A DNA stretch of 64,000 nucleotides from the NCBI GenBank assembly GCA_000934665.2, contig JYFJ02001343.1, forward strand, positions 1 to 64,000. Reading direction: 5' to 3'. The notes beneath the pieces are model-generated. The model was not told where the DNA came from. It saw only the letters and a list, made by a program, of their open reading frames with translations, and made no database searches. Positions 12,345-25,205 of the stretch are shown here, in pieces. Each line of letters starts with the position of its first letter. The first letter of the stretch is position 1. Source of the stretch: Catajapyx aquilonaris (lineage: Eukaryota). A program made the translations under genes and the position numbers.

Positions 12345-14041
12345 TCTGAAGGCCAATGTCAAGGTGTTAAGTTATTCTACTTGCCTACATGAACCATGTC
12401 GTACATGACGAGGCCCGTGACACTTGAAATATGGACGCTAATATGGATTTATAGGTAATCAATGTCAAAGTGGTGTCTCCTAAGGCAACGGGCGCATTCG
12501 TAATTATGTCAGACAAAGGTTTCCTTGCCTAGAAATGCGCAATGTTAAAGGCTATGACGTGGGTGGTTTCCTACACAGGTTGTCACAGGACGTGCGTGGG
12601 CTGTGTGCTAGCAGTACTGGTCCCGAATAAAGTTTAAGTCATGCATAATAATCAATGTAGTTTGTCACAGATGTTTCTGAGGGTCATTTCAAGGAACTTA
12701 CATGCGAATTATTGGGCTAAGGAATGATCGTTTAAATATTATTGAATTAAATTCTACAGTACTCTGTCCATTATAATTTTAACTCCTTATGTGGAATTAT
12801 GACCCAATGAGGGCACTAAATAAAAATTGCTCTCAATAGATTTTAAATTAAGATTTTCATTCTCCACTTGTAAAACTTCTTTGGCTGCAGTGGTTATTAT
12901 GGAGTAGTTTTGTTCTTATAATTATCGTTTTGGAACATTTAGCAGGTTAATTTTAATTATTTTGGGCACTACAGACCGTTATTATTTGCTTGACCACAAA
13001 CAGTAAACTCCACACACCCCTCCACTTATCAGTGTGATGTGTAATCAGCACTAATCAATATTGTTAGTTCTTGTGGGCAGTTCAATACAGACGTGTATTC
13101 AAAACTAATAAATACTCTAATGCCTGCCACGTGGAAGGTAGTTTCTTTCTGCAAGTGTCTGCATATGAACAACGAATTTCAAGAAAATATGTATTAAAGT
13201 CACATTCAGTCACCCGAAGATCCATTCTAATAATTATATTGGTCATACGAGACGGCTAGGTGTACACACTAGTCGTCGCTGGGATTTCTGGAATTTCTGG
13301 GATTATGCCGGTATGTATTGAATGAATGAATGAATGAAATGTATTAAAGTAATTATTATGTACACCAAAAATATACTTTTAAGACTGACAGCTAATTTTT
13401 TTAAGCCTGTGGTTTCGAAAATAAACAAATTTTTTGTTATTGTTATTTATTCGATACCATGTGTTTTTGAACAGATCAAATTCATTTGATATACTCTAAG
13501 CTATAATAATGTTTTAAATTCGGGATGAAAGCAAGAGAGTGCAAAAACTTGAACAACATATCCTTACTTTGGATAAGAGCGAGTCGACCGCCTCCTTTGA
13601 GTCCATGAGGGAGCCTGGAAGAGACAAGCCATTAGACCAGCCGTCCTCTTCTAGTTGCGGCATTATATGCCTATTGCAGGATGACCCACACGAATCGACT
13701 TTTTAAATGAAGAAAGACATGGCGTGCATTGTGCGTACAATACTCGATCGTACGTCTGAGTGGGCTACCGGGCCGAGGTCAGAGCGGCACTGTTGCGCTG
13801 TAGGCTTGTCCCCATCGATCATAACGTTGTGTCGAGCCTCTTCCAGGAAATACTATTAGTTGCTGACACCAGGACAGTGCGAATAAGGGATTGGTGGGTT
13901 TCCTTTCCAAGTGGCAAATGGTAGTTCTGTAATCACTTATTACATATCTACAGAAATCTATATAGATGTGATTAGTCTTGCGATCAAGTTATTTTTCGAT
14001 AGTATGAGCTATATATTGCATTTTAATGCAGAGTGACTAAT

Positions 14042-14341
14042 CTATCTATCTATCTATCATACCCCATTGAAGCCGTTCTGGCTTTTTAGGGGGGAGATTT
14101 GTTTTTTTTTTTGGCTGGAACTCTTGTAAACTTTATTTCGCTTTTTGGGACGGGATAGGGATGGAAGGAAGCGGCTGTGGCCTATTAACTAGGAAACAAC
14201 TCCGGTATTCACCTGGAGGAACCGTGGGAAACCACAGAAAACCACGGTCAGAGTTGCCGGCACCGGGATTCGAACCTCGAACCCAGGACCTCCCGATTAG
14301 CAGGCGGACTCCATATCCACTACCCCAACCTGCTTCGGTAA
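14042..14341 (-). mobile_element. tRNA-derived SINE
   Basis: Box B GGTTCGAATCC, body GGTTTTCTGTGGTTTCCC...AGGCCACAGCCGCTTCCTTCC, (TAGA)n tail and a 13-bp TSD CAGAGTGACTAAT (14029-14041 and 14342-14354). Confidence 0.85.
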
Positions 14342-14567
14342 CAGAGTGACTAATACTCGTACGTGCTAAATATATTAGAAACTGTTTCGCAGAAAGGTTT
14401 GAAACCAACTGTACAAGTCCAAAAACTATCTTCTCCATGAGGGCGGCTGGTGACGTCCATCTGTCGTATAAAATAATGATTGTGCTTAAGAACATGACGC
14501 TATAATTTGGATACAGTCGCCATCTCACTATCAGCATCAGTTTCATTGAAACCCAGCACACCATCAG

Positions 14568-14694
14568 GCACGCTGGAAATGGGTCGGGATCCCGAAGTTT
14601 CAAGTGTGCTGAGGTCCCATAATTTTATACCGTATAAAATTATGGGACCTCAGCACACTTGAAACTTCGGGATCCCGACCCATTTCCAGCGTGC
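14568..14694. repeat. Perfect palindrome, 63-bp arms, 1-nt spacer
   Basis: GCACGCTGG...TTTTATAC / C / GTATAAAA...CCAGCGTGC is an exact reverse complement. Confidence 0.95.
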
Positions 14695-15643
14695 TCTTTC
14701 TAAGTAGTGCAGTCTGGCGGAAGTCTTCCAGTATAATTATGCAATATGCTACACTGTACAGTCATGAAAAAACAACAATTATTACATTAGTAACGGAGTC
14801 TAAATGATAACCCTACATAAAGTAAACCTATAGCTCACAGGAATAGAATGTTTTATATGCTGAAATTATTTCGGAACACCCTGTGAAATAATGATTAACT
14901 TTGCATATAGGGAAATGACAATCCTACGTTTGCATTCTGCATAAGTTACTGCATTATAGTTTTTCGCACTTAATTTTCTTGGATGAACTTGTCGCTATTT
15001 ATAATAATGTACAAGTTAATAAAATATTCTGCCACCTTTTAAACAATCGAGAAAAAGGTTTTTAATGAAAATATTCACCAGAAACATAATTATGGTAACG
15101 TCAATTTATTTGACGTATTGTCTTGGTTATATTTCAATAGAATTTTCTTGGAAAATCGTCTTCAAAAATAATCACTTTATGACATGATAAGGGACAACCA
15201 TTTAAAACAAATTGTGAAACTTAAAATAATTGATATAGATGACATACGCTTGAATTACCGGGTGGTTCAGAACATTGAACTTTGAATGCGTGGAAATGAT
15301 AAAAACAATAATGATTGTATTCGAACCGAAGCATGAATATGCATTACAGTATAATCGACTCTTATGAACCGGGATTCTTTAATGAATATCATAATTTAAA
15401 ATATCCATTAGTAAGGAGCAGACTGTAATGCGCTGTTAACATTAACTACATGTAACAAATATATATATAACATATAAAAATAACTACTCTGATGACTGAA
15501 AACACAATCAGTCAAAGGATACAACTTTAAGCCAATTATAGGGTCCATTAGAAGTACAAAACATATATCAAGATGGTACAGGTAAGAACTGTACATTATG
15601 CAATGTGCACTTTATGCACCTTAAAGTGTGCAATTTTTTGATT

Positions 15644-18600
15644 TTACTTCTTGTTTGTTCTAGTTTTGTTCGTTTCACGTTGATCAATCTCTTTCTTCGC
15701 ACTCGTGGCCTCTAAGTTCAGAGCTTTTTTCAAGTCCTTTTTCATGTCTGACACTGACTGTTGGATCTCTTTTATTTCTTCCAGGATTTTCTTGTACTCC
15801 ACCATCTCTTGGGCTGCCACAGCCTCACTTCTCCTCTTATCCACGAGAATATTCAAAGCCCTAACCACGTTTTCAGGTACTGGAAAAAAATGAGACCCAT
15901 TCACTGATCCCGTGCGTAAGTTAACAGCAATTGGTCGGTCAGGAACCGTCAGAAGTTCGACGACAAAATTAAGAGCTCTGCCAAAACATCCTACCAGTGG
16001 TATTCTCGAAAACATCCAGGCTACTTTTTTGAATCTGTAAAAAAAGTGCAGAGAGATTACAGGTAATAAAATAGAGGGTGTCGTTACTCTATAGCGTAAC
16101 TTTGGTTATTACTTTGGTCTGTACTGGATATATTGTACTTATGAGCTCTATACCAGCAAAACTACCTACCTTGAGAGCAAAGGTCCGTATTTGTTCCTTG
16201 TCTTGGGGCAGAAAAAGGCTTCAACGTCACAAACCATGTGCAGGAGGGGGTTGATGGCATAAATTTCAGCCTCGTCTGCAATCTGCTGAGCGTCACTCAC
16301 TGCCAGAGCGTTGAGCAAGTTCATAAGCACCAACATTATCAGAAAAATAAAAAGGAACACTAGGGTGAAAGTGTAAGGCGTCATATTTCCATACGGAAAG
16401 TCCACCAAATCCATTTCTCCCATCATCATGACCGTCGTTTTGAGCACTGATATCGGAAAGGAGCGGTAGAGCTCAGTGCAGTTGTCCGTGACGCACAAGT
16501 TGAAGGTGAGGTAAAACGACAGCACGAATCCGGCAAGGATGGCGGTGAATGGAAACAGAAACCTGACGTAGTTGTATGCAACTTTGCTGAACATGGCAAT
16601 ATACCTGGTGAAGATGGGAAACCTCCCGATCATCAATCCAAACTGAAGCCAAGCCAACAGGGGCCACAAAATGGCGCAACCTCTTCTGCTTATGATCCAC
16701 ACGTCATCAAGGTAGAGTACTGCAATCGCCATAGAATAAGAAGCTACTTCTATGTAGTTCTCAAAGCTGATCAAGTATCGCCAACTAGTACTCAGAAACT
16801 GTGTCACCTCCCCGAGGCACAAAACCAGCAAGAGGACTTTCACAGCGAATTCCCAGACTGGATGTGACTGGCCCAAAGTGTCCGTAGTTGGAGCAGCAGT
16901 GCTTAGAGTATCTTGAGCTGTCAGTTTGAGGGTGCTGGATTTCAGCGAGAGCACACACAACGTGGATGCAGCAAGATAAGCGGTGAACGTCACAAATTTT
17001 AACAAGAATATTGGTAACACCCTCTTCCACCTTAATGTGATGAAGGAGTATAATAGGGGGTGCTTCAGGAGTCTCTTGTGCCTGTGGGAAAACGCAAAGT
17101 ATTCTAGCCTCTCGTATTCAGGTTTGTTATCGCGAGACTTCTGTATCACGTCGTACTTGATCATCACGTGGGGCTCTTCCAGAAATCCTTTGCTCTCTTC
17201 ATCACTAAGTATGCATTCATCAAAGTAAGCCTCCAAGGTACTGCAAGGTAGGCGGTAAATAGGTTTGGTAAAGGTCTTGTCCTCCTGCCACATATCTGCT
17301 CCATTTCGAAGGAGGGTGACAGCAGTGTCAGAAAATGCGTACAATGCTGCATAGTGCAATGGAGAGCGGCCCAAGTGATCGGAAGAGGTGACCACAGCTC
17401 CTTTGTCCAACAAGAGGGTCACGAAGGACGGATTGTCCTTCGAGGATGCGTAATGCAGTGGCATTTTTCCATCTCTGCTGCGGTGGTCCACGCTGGCTCC
17501 CCTGGACAACAGCTCTTCCACCACATCCAGATGACCAGCCATTATGCCCTTTTGAAGTGCAGAGCAGCCATCAGTGTCGTCCGATGTATCAACCTGAGTA
17601 AAAAAATTAATTACAGTAAATCCAAATAAAGTGGCTGATCCTAATTATTCATTGTCGGTAACAATTTTCTAAACCACTTGTTCGGGGTAGCTTACTGTAC
17701 CTGAGCACCTGCTTCTAGTAATGTTCTCACGCATTGCAGGTGGCCTTGCAGCACAGCAATCAGAAGAGCGCTGTTCAAAGTATCAGGCGTGACCCTCTTA
17801 TTTGAAATCCCCAGGAGAATGTTGAGGACACCAACGTCCCCATTGAATGCGGCCCAATGAACTGCATTCCATCCCCGCTTGTCCCTGAAGTCTGGAGCGA
17901 TTCCAGAGTCCAGGAGTTGCGTTACGGTTTCCGCGTCTCCAATTTTGGCGGCCTCCAGAAGAAATGCTCGCTTGGTATCCCATGGGCTCTGTAATGCACC
18001 GATTTTTTAAAAATTTGGTTAAATCATTGTCATGTTGCCACAAATGCAATTCGAAGTAGTTTTCCCATTTTGCCTCTTGGGTTGGCCATTAGTTGAATGA
18101 GGGGAAATCAATAGATCACTTGATTCTTTACTTCATTCATTGTTAATCACGATATGGAGTGCTTTAGAAAATCAATAGCGACAGCATAACCTTGCTACTG
18201 TTTTCATGTTAACATGGCAAAATGTAAATTGTTCGCATTTGATTAGGTAACATAAACATATTGCAGAGTATTTAAAATTTATTTTTTATGATCGTAGTTT
18301 GGACATCGAACTTAACTAATCCATTTGGTAACTACTTTTGTCTTCTTCTAATATTCTACGTTCATTACCATTGTAGTCTACGTATATGCCCAGTACGGTC
18401 TCCAGAACAGGGCCCCCAAGAAATATCAGCATGAGTGTACTTACAACTTTCTTAATTATGCCAAAGAATTGTGCTTTTGGCATTGTAATCTACCTAATGA
18501 CATCAGATTTAGTAGCAAAAAATGATCAATAAGACGGGGTAACGTTAAAAGAACGCATGTTCACCCCACGGGCCATAAAAATCTGGGGATCACTAGTATC

Positions 18601-18727
18601 GACCATTCTCAGTAAAGGTGAAAAAGAGAAGTTGACAATAACATACCTGATTGCGGTTGATTAAAGAATCCGTGCAAGTGATGACTTCGTCCATGATGGC
18701 TCCAGGTGGGGTGATGGGGAGGTCCAT
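15644..18727 (-). CDS. TRPA channel, painless-like, copy 2 (four exons)
   Basis: Exon 1 MDLPITPPG...NQ (18727-18647), ankyrin exon (~17988-17701), TM exon with HPLLYSFITLRW, MMMGEMD and MNLLNALAVSDAQ, then a coiled-coil exon; all join in frame. Confidence 0.9.
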
Positions 18728-20178
18728 ATCGCCTTAGTTGTTCGAATTCAAAGGCGCACAATTCTAGCTGTAAGAAGCAGCAGCGACCTCCATTTCTGGT
18801 GTGCTTTCGGGCTATGGCAACAACGATCGATGGTCACTCGGAGTACCCTGTACTGTATAAAGTACGGGCCAAATGCCTTATGTCCACCCCGCCTACCAAT
18901 TTCTGCAGCCCTCGATACGTAGAACCATAGACCTTAGAGCTCTATAAGGTCTATGCGTATAGAACTTCACAGACAATAATAAATTGCAGACTACATGATG
19001 GCTTCCGAGGTCGATAGTGGCTGCTGGAGATTACCAGGTACTTTTCGCTGTTAAAAATGCCCATTGCGAGAGCAATAACTCACGCGACGCATCAATGTGT
19101 TCACTGTAATCGTTTTATTAGAGGGTGGGACAGTAATAGTCTATGGATGCTTATATAGCCTATTAATAAAACTCATATGAGCCGATGCTCGTAAAACAAG
19201 TAATTATATTTTTGTACGAAGTCGTAGAATCACACATGCATCGATATTAAATATCATACTATTAGGTTCATTTATGTTACGCTCAATAACAATATTTTTC
19301 AGTAACTTTGTCAGTCAGAAACTTACAGCCTAAAGTGCGTGTAGTTCAGAACATACAGTCAGTAGACAATGTTATATTACTAGATATTATAATTATTATA
19401 ACACTGTTTATCCTTTGAAACATTTTGATATAAATATTCTAAAACAAACAACAGGCAAACATGGAGAATTGACTCCATGCATCCGTAGGTTTCAGCATTA
19501 TAATATTTATCATTCAATACATGACATTGTTACCACATTTTATTGTCCAGCACTAACTAATGTTTATTTGAAATTAAAAATATATTATTCTGAAGTGTTG
19601 TAATGGCCAAACTGGACGTCAGGTTTTACTAATAATGTAGAGATTGCCTTAATGTGCATAATTTCTCATCATTTGAATTTATCAAATCCTTATTTCAGGT
19701 TCCTGTTATAAGCAGCCAAGAGAGAGAAAATGAATTTATCGTTAGCGTAATTTTTGTTTTATTAATACACGAATTAGTCTACACGTGCAATCATGCAAAT
19801 AGTCAATAAGCTCTGCTAATAACAATGTAATAATGTGTAACTGTATCCTTTGCCAATCAAACACTTTCAACCATTTTGGGCGCGGAGAAGGGAGAAAAAT
19901 TAAATAATTATGCGACACTTTACTGATGGTTTAAATACAGGATACAACAGAATACTTTTTATTTTTTATCAGATTCAAATGACGTCGACTTTATTACCAT
20001 TGTAATAATTGTAATTTAGCAATGCCAACAGTTGTCATACAGTTGGGACCTTTAAAAATAAATACGCCACATCGATTTTTCATAAACATAAGAGTGATAA
20101 AGTAAGAAACAAAATAATAAATGTGGCTCAGTTGCTGGCTGGCAAACGTTACGGCCAGTATGCGAAGTATTGTACGTA

Positions 20179-20584
20179 CAGTCCTGTTCATAAAGAATGG
20201 TACGACTCTATGGACGACGTGTTTATTCTGACTATCCAGCATTATTCCCAACCTGATTTCGTCGCGACACTATGGACAACTTGTCCTAGATCTCTGGCGA
20301 CCCATATGACCCCCTCCCTACTTTTTCCGAAATTTTTTATTACCAAAATGTTCAACCTGGTACAATGCTTACATACAGTAGATTTCAGATGAATTTCCCC
20401 CCTTAAATTTTCTTACTTTGCCTTTTTCTTCTTCTCTTTTCTTCTATTTTCTTCTTGATTTTAATTGCCTTTACCCAGCCTTCCTCATGACCCCTATAAG
20501 AACATGCTGGTGACCCAAGGGTTGGGAACAGAATAAACATTATTTTTGTCCATAGAGTCGTACCATTCTTTATGAGAGGTACTG
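20179..20584. mobile_element. Tc1/mariner-type MITE
   Basis: TIRs CAGTCCTGTTCATAAAGAATGGTACGACTCTATGGAC / GTCCATAGAGTCGTACCATTCTTTATGAGAGGTACTG; TA on the left side. Confidence 0.7.
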
Positions 20585-20915
20585 GTACTATATAGTATAT
20601 ACCATTGGGAGATGGCAAAGCATACGATATATTCGAATTACTGCGGAAGCCATGTCAAGAGAGAGGCGATTAAAAATTTATACAGGCTATGATGCTTTGT
20701 AAATATTAATAACCACTAATCACTAAATCTACTAAGCTTATCGTCCTTGAGATTTAGAAGACACTATATCGAAATACACTTGAGGTAAAGTAGCACCTCT
20801 ACAGCCCTGTAGCGACGCATGTGTTGTGTAAGTTAAATAATGAAGTAGGCCTATACATCCAACATGGACCTCAAAATTAATGTCGAAGAAAATCACTCAA
20901 ATATGAAAACAATAC

Positions 20916-23900
20916 TTAAACTCGACTCTCTATAGAAAAGTAGTCTTTAATGATTTGAAGAACCTCCTCTACCTGCTTACCGCGAGCTTCCACTTTGTCA
21001 TTAACAGCTCTTATCTCATTCCGGAGATCATCTCCCAGTGCGTCTAGTTTTTTAACCTCCTGTTTAATAAAAGTAATGTCCTTGGCCATTTGACCTTCTT
21101 CTTCAGTCTGCTTCTTTCTTTCTATCAAGTCTTTTATACCAGTCACAACATCTTCCGGAAGAGTGAGACCGACATCTTGAACAGTACCGGTCCTCAGGCT
21201 GACCGTTATTGTGCAGTCATGTATGCGTGGTAAAACCAGAAGGAACTCGAAGAGATGTCTTCTAAGTACTTGGCAGCATTCGGGAAGATCGCCGCACCTA
21301 AACACGATGGGATACTAATTATTTCTCTGTTACTTTCACGAGGTAAAGACTAAAATGCAGAACCGTCAGAGTAATATTTACTTACTCAAAATTGAGTTTT
21401 GCACTCTATTTAATAGTTATTGGCACGTGCTTGTTTTTATTGCTATGATTATTTTCAATTTATTATGAACTCCACAAGGGATAATCGCATTTTTGAAACT
21501 TTTAAAGTCGCATATCTCACAATCATTCCGTTGTGATGTGCATTGAAACTTACCAACTACAGCATCTAGCAAGAATAGCCATCAGGTTTGGCTTGTAGAA
21601 CGTTCCTTCCACGTGACATATGAGGTTGACCAAAGGGACGAGTCCATACAGTTCCGCTTCGTCGGCGATCTTCTGGGTATCACTCACAGCCAGTGCGTCC
21701 AAAAGGTTCATCAGCACCAACATGATGAGGAACACGAAGATGAGAATCAGGATCAGGGTGAAAGGCAGGAGTTCTCCGTAAGGCAAGTCTCCCAGGTCCA
21801 GTTCTCCCATCATCATTACCACTGTCTTGACGGCAGCCATGGGGAAGTGTTGATAGGTATCTCCACAGGTGTCAGGCAAGCAAAAGTTGAAGGCTAGGTA
21901 GAAGCTGAGTACAAATCCAGCAATTATGAAGGAAAAAGGGAAGAGGAATCTGAGGTAATTCTTGGAGACAGTCGTGAACATGGCAATGTACTTGGTAAAC
22001 GTCGGGAATCTCCCGATAAGGAAGGCTAGTTCCACCCAGGTGAGAAGAGGCCACAAAATGACGCAGCCACGTTCGATGTACAACGGAATCTTTTCGAAAA
22101 ACACTACCACTCCAGCCGTGACTATAATGGCGATCTCCATGTAGTTCTCTACTGTTAGGAAGTAATAGAGACGGGCAGTGGACAACTGATACAACTCCCT
22201 GCACATCAGCAGGACAAGAAATGCCATTACCACATGATGCAGCACCTGGTTGGTCTCGGGTGATTCCAGCAGGGATCGCATGTCTACGGGCCTGGAGGCA
22301 TTGACCGGCGGCATGAAGGAAAGGGCATAAACAGATGATGACACCACAAAGGAGAAGTAGATCAGGAAATTGCATAAGAAAAAGGGGAAGCAGCGCTTCC
22401 ACTTCAGGTAGACAAATGAAGCAAGGACCGGATGTTTCAGAAGGATTCGCTGCCTCTCGGACCACATGAAGTATTTCAGACGTCTAAACTCTGCTTTACC
22501 TTGTGGAGATGGGTCTAGGATTTTAAAATTGACTCTTGCCATTGGCTCCTGGTTCTCGCTGGTGGCAGGCGGTAGAGTAACAAAAGTGTCGAGATAGGCC
22601 TGCAAAGTCCTCCGCCTGATTTGATCGATGGGCTTGACCCCTCGTGGGTTGGGTCGCCACAGGTCAGCGCCATGCTCCAGCATATGGATGGTCTGTTTGA
22701 TAGAACCGTACGTGGCCGCCGTATGCAGGACAGTGTCGCCGTCCTTGTTTGTAGAATGGATGTCTGCTTTCCTGTCCAGGAGGAGGTCGAGGCACGCGGT
22801 GTCGTCGTTGACGGCAGTGAAGAATATGGCCTCCTCACCAAACACAGTCTTTTGGTGTATGTCTGCACCTGCATCCAGGAGAATCTTGACGGCATCAACC
22901 TGAAAGGAATCAAAATAGTAAATCCCATTTAATGCTGAAGGTGCAGTAGGCCTACTTTAATACGTACATTCATTTATAACACCTACACTACAGTATTGTG
23001 AAGTGACATGCAGCTGTGTTTGTGACCCAGATTACATCTTATTAAATGGGATAATGATTTTTGTGCCTGCTGCACTAACTTGTAAATGTTTAGACTGACC
23101 TTTTCTGACAGTATGGAATTGTGCAATGCTGTAATCTTGTAGTCATCGGTGGCGTTGACGTCAAACCCTGATTTCAGCAACAACTGGAGGCATTGATAAT
23201 TGCCTATTTTAATCGCACACTCCAAAGACTTCTTCTGGAACAGTAAGGGAATTTGGCATGGGCTGTGAAAATCTAAAAGTATTCGAATGGCAGCAAGATT
23301 GTTGTTTGTGCAAGCAATATCCAGCGGTGACAAGAGGCACATGTCGGAATGTTCGGTCAGGTCCATTCTGGCGCCGGATTTTAATAAGGCTTGAAGGTCG
23401 TCAAGGTTGTTCTTCTTCACAGCTCTAATTAACTGGCAATGAGCTTTGATGGCGTCTGGATCTGCCTTGACTTCCTTCTGGAAAGCAACATTTTATCGTT
23501 TAAAATAAATAAAAAAACACGGCGCAGTATAAGTATTTCATTATGAATCATTTGATTTATCAAATAGCTATTGTCAACATCATCGTGAAATTAAAATGTT
23601 CCCAGCAATTTCTCGACTCGTACGACAGGATCGATATATTTCTTCTGGCCCTGGGTCATGTGTGTAGGGTAACTGCCCTGATAAGAAATCTGACTGAATA
23701 TGTAGGCTATTGATTTCCAATGTAATTATGACCTACTGACCTAGGTGACATATCGTGACTCATTCGCCGCACCCAACACAGGCATATGTTGAGCGAAACT
23801 GGCCCCACTGGACATCCTTCGGTCCCAAGATATGATTCCGAGAGTGCACTTCACAATATTAAAATATCTTGTGACATCGTTACGCTTATTATACGCTTCT

Positions 23901-24278
23901 GGAATGCTAATGCATCTCAACACATGTACTTTTAAAGTGAGCAAGTACATATTTTGAAATAGGGCAAATTCATTATTGCTTAATTAATTTCCATGCGTGA
24001 CACTTTCATGTACGTAATCAAATATTCTTAGGTAGATGTTAGTAATATGTAGGCTATCTTATGTTATAAATCTATGGCATGATATTGCTCAAACTAAACT
24101 GCCCTATGAACCTTAACAATTATAACCAAATGCCCTCCAACATTCCATATTGTAGCCATATGGTTCTCACCTTGCATGTCTCGGTTCCATCAATGTAAGG
24201 CAGGCTGTCTGTGTGTTCGTCATCAATCATGGCGTAAGGGAAATCCCCACTGTGTGCGCTTCTGGGTGTAGTAGCCAT
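20916..24278 (-). CDS. TRPA channel, painless-like, copy 3 (four exons)
   Basis: Exon 1 MATTPRS...TCK (24278-24171), ankyrin exon (23477-23100), TM exon with HPVLASFVYLKW, MMMGELD and MNLLDALAVSDTQ, then a coiled-coil exon. Confidence 0.9.
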
Positions 24279-25205
24279 CACTAGTAGCAACAAAAATCCT
24301 GTTGGTGACAAGTGACAAGTTCCTTCTTGTGCGTCGTCGGAGAGAAACACACTGAATGAGTCCAGCCGCAGATGTTACTCTGGATAAGAAGTAGTATAGT
24401 ACTATAGGGATGGATCGATGGCAGTAGGCGACTAAAAAGCAGCAGGACCACTCTTCACTCCGCACTGCTGCATGTTGGCTGGCTGGCTGGGCTGGCTTGG
24501 CTGTGTATCGGACCAAGGGGCGCCGGTTCAAGGAAGTGTCGGGACAGACGCCTCCACTTCCATAACCAAAGTCGTAAATACAGCCAGGCAATTTGCTACC
24601 TTTTGGCTACACTCCAGAGACAGATAAAGTTGTAGAAGGATTCGAAGGAAGAAAAAAAGCCTCTTCTATTGTGTAACAAAATTAGTGGCACGTTACTGAC
24701 AACTTTAGTTAGCTTTAATCGAATATGGATTTGATTCTACATAATCATAATCATCACCATCACGACATTTCCCTATAATGGGGTAGTCAGCGATGACGGG
24801 AGCCACAAGCTAACCCAAAATATTAACTAAATTAAAACTTGTAAAAATAAACTCCACATCCCTGCCCATCTCAGACGACAAACACTCAATATTATTCTAC
24901 ATAATTATAAAATAAGTAAATAATTATTGGACAATGATTCTTTGAGTTAATAGAGACAGACTGCACTAGACATTCAGGTTTAGCATTTTTTTAAATTGAC
25001 GATATTGGTGAAAATACAACATTTCCAATGTTTGCAGTTTATTGCAACTCATAAAATATTATTTACATATTATCCAGCTAATAACATGACAGTTATCTTG
25101 CAATTAGCACAGCCGTAACAAAGCGGAGATTATTGCAGACGCTGACATGTTGATAATTATGCACCTTTTCGTTCAATTAATACTCTACTAGCCTTCTGAA
25201 CCTCT

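Noticed and set aside
14225..14341. tRNA-like sequence (also 56640-56733)
   Set aside because: These are SINE heads with body, tail and TSD; no complete cloverleaf, so not called tRNA genes.
18927..18956. Small hairpin CATAGACCTTA...TAAGGTCTATG upstream of TRP copy 2
   Set aside because: Too short to assign; could be a transposon-end remnant, but no partner end was found.
23741..23815. Possible alternative first exon of TRP copy 3 (MSSGASF...YVT)
   Set aside because: An in-frame TAG lies immediately before the putative donor, and the other frame does not match the phase of the next exon.
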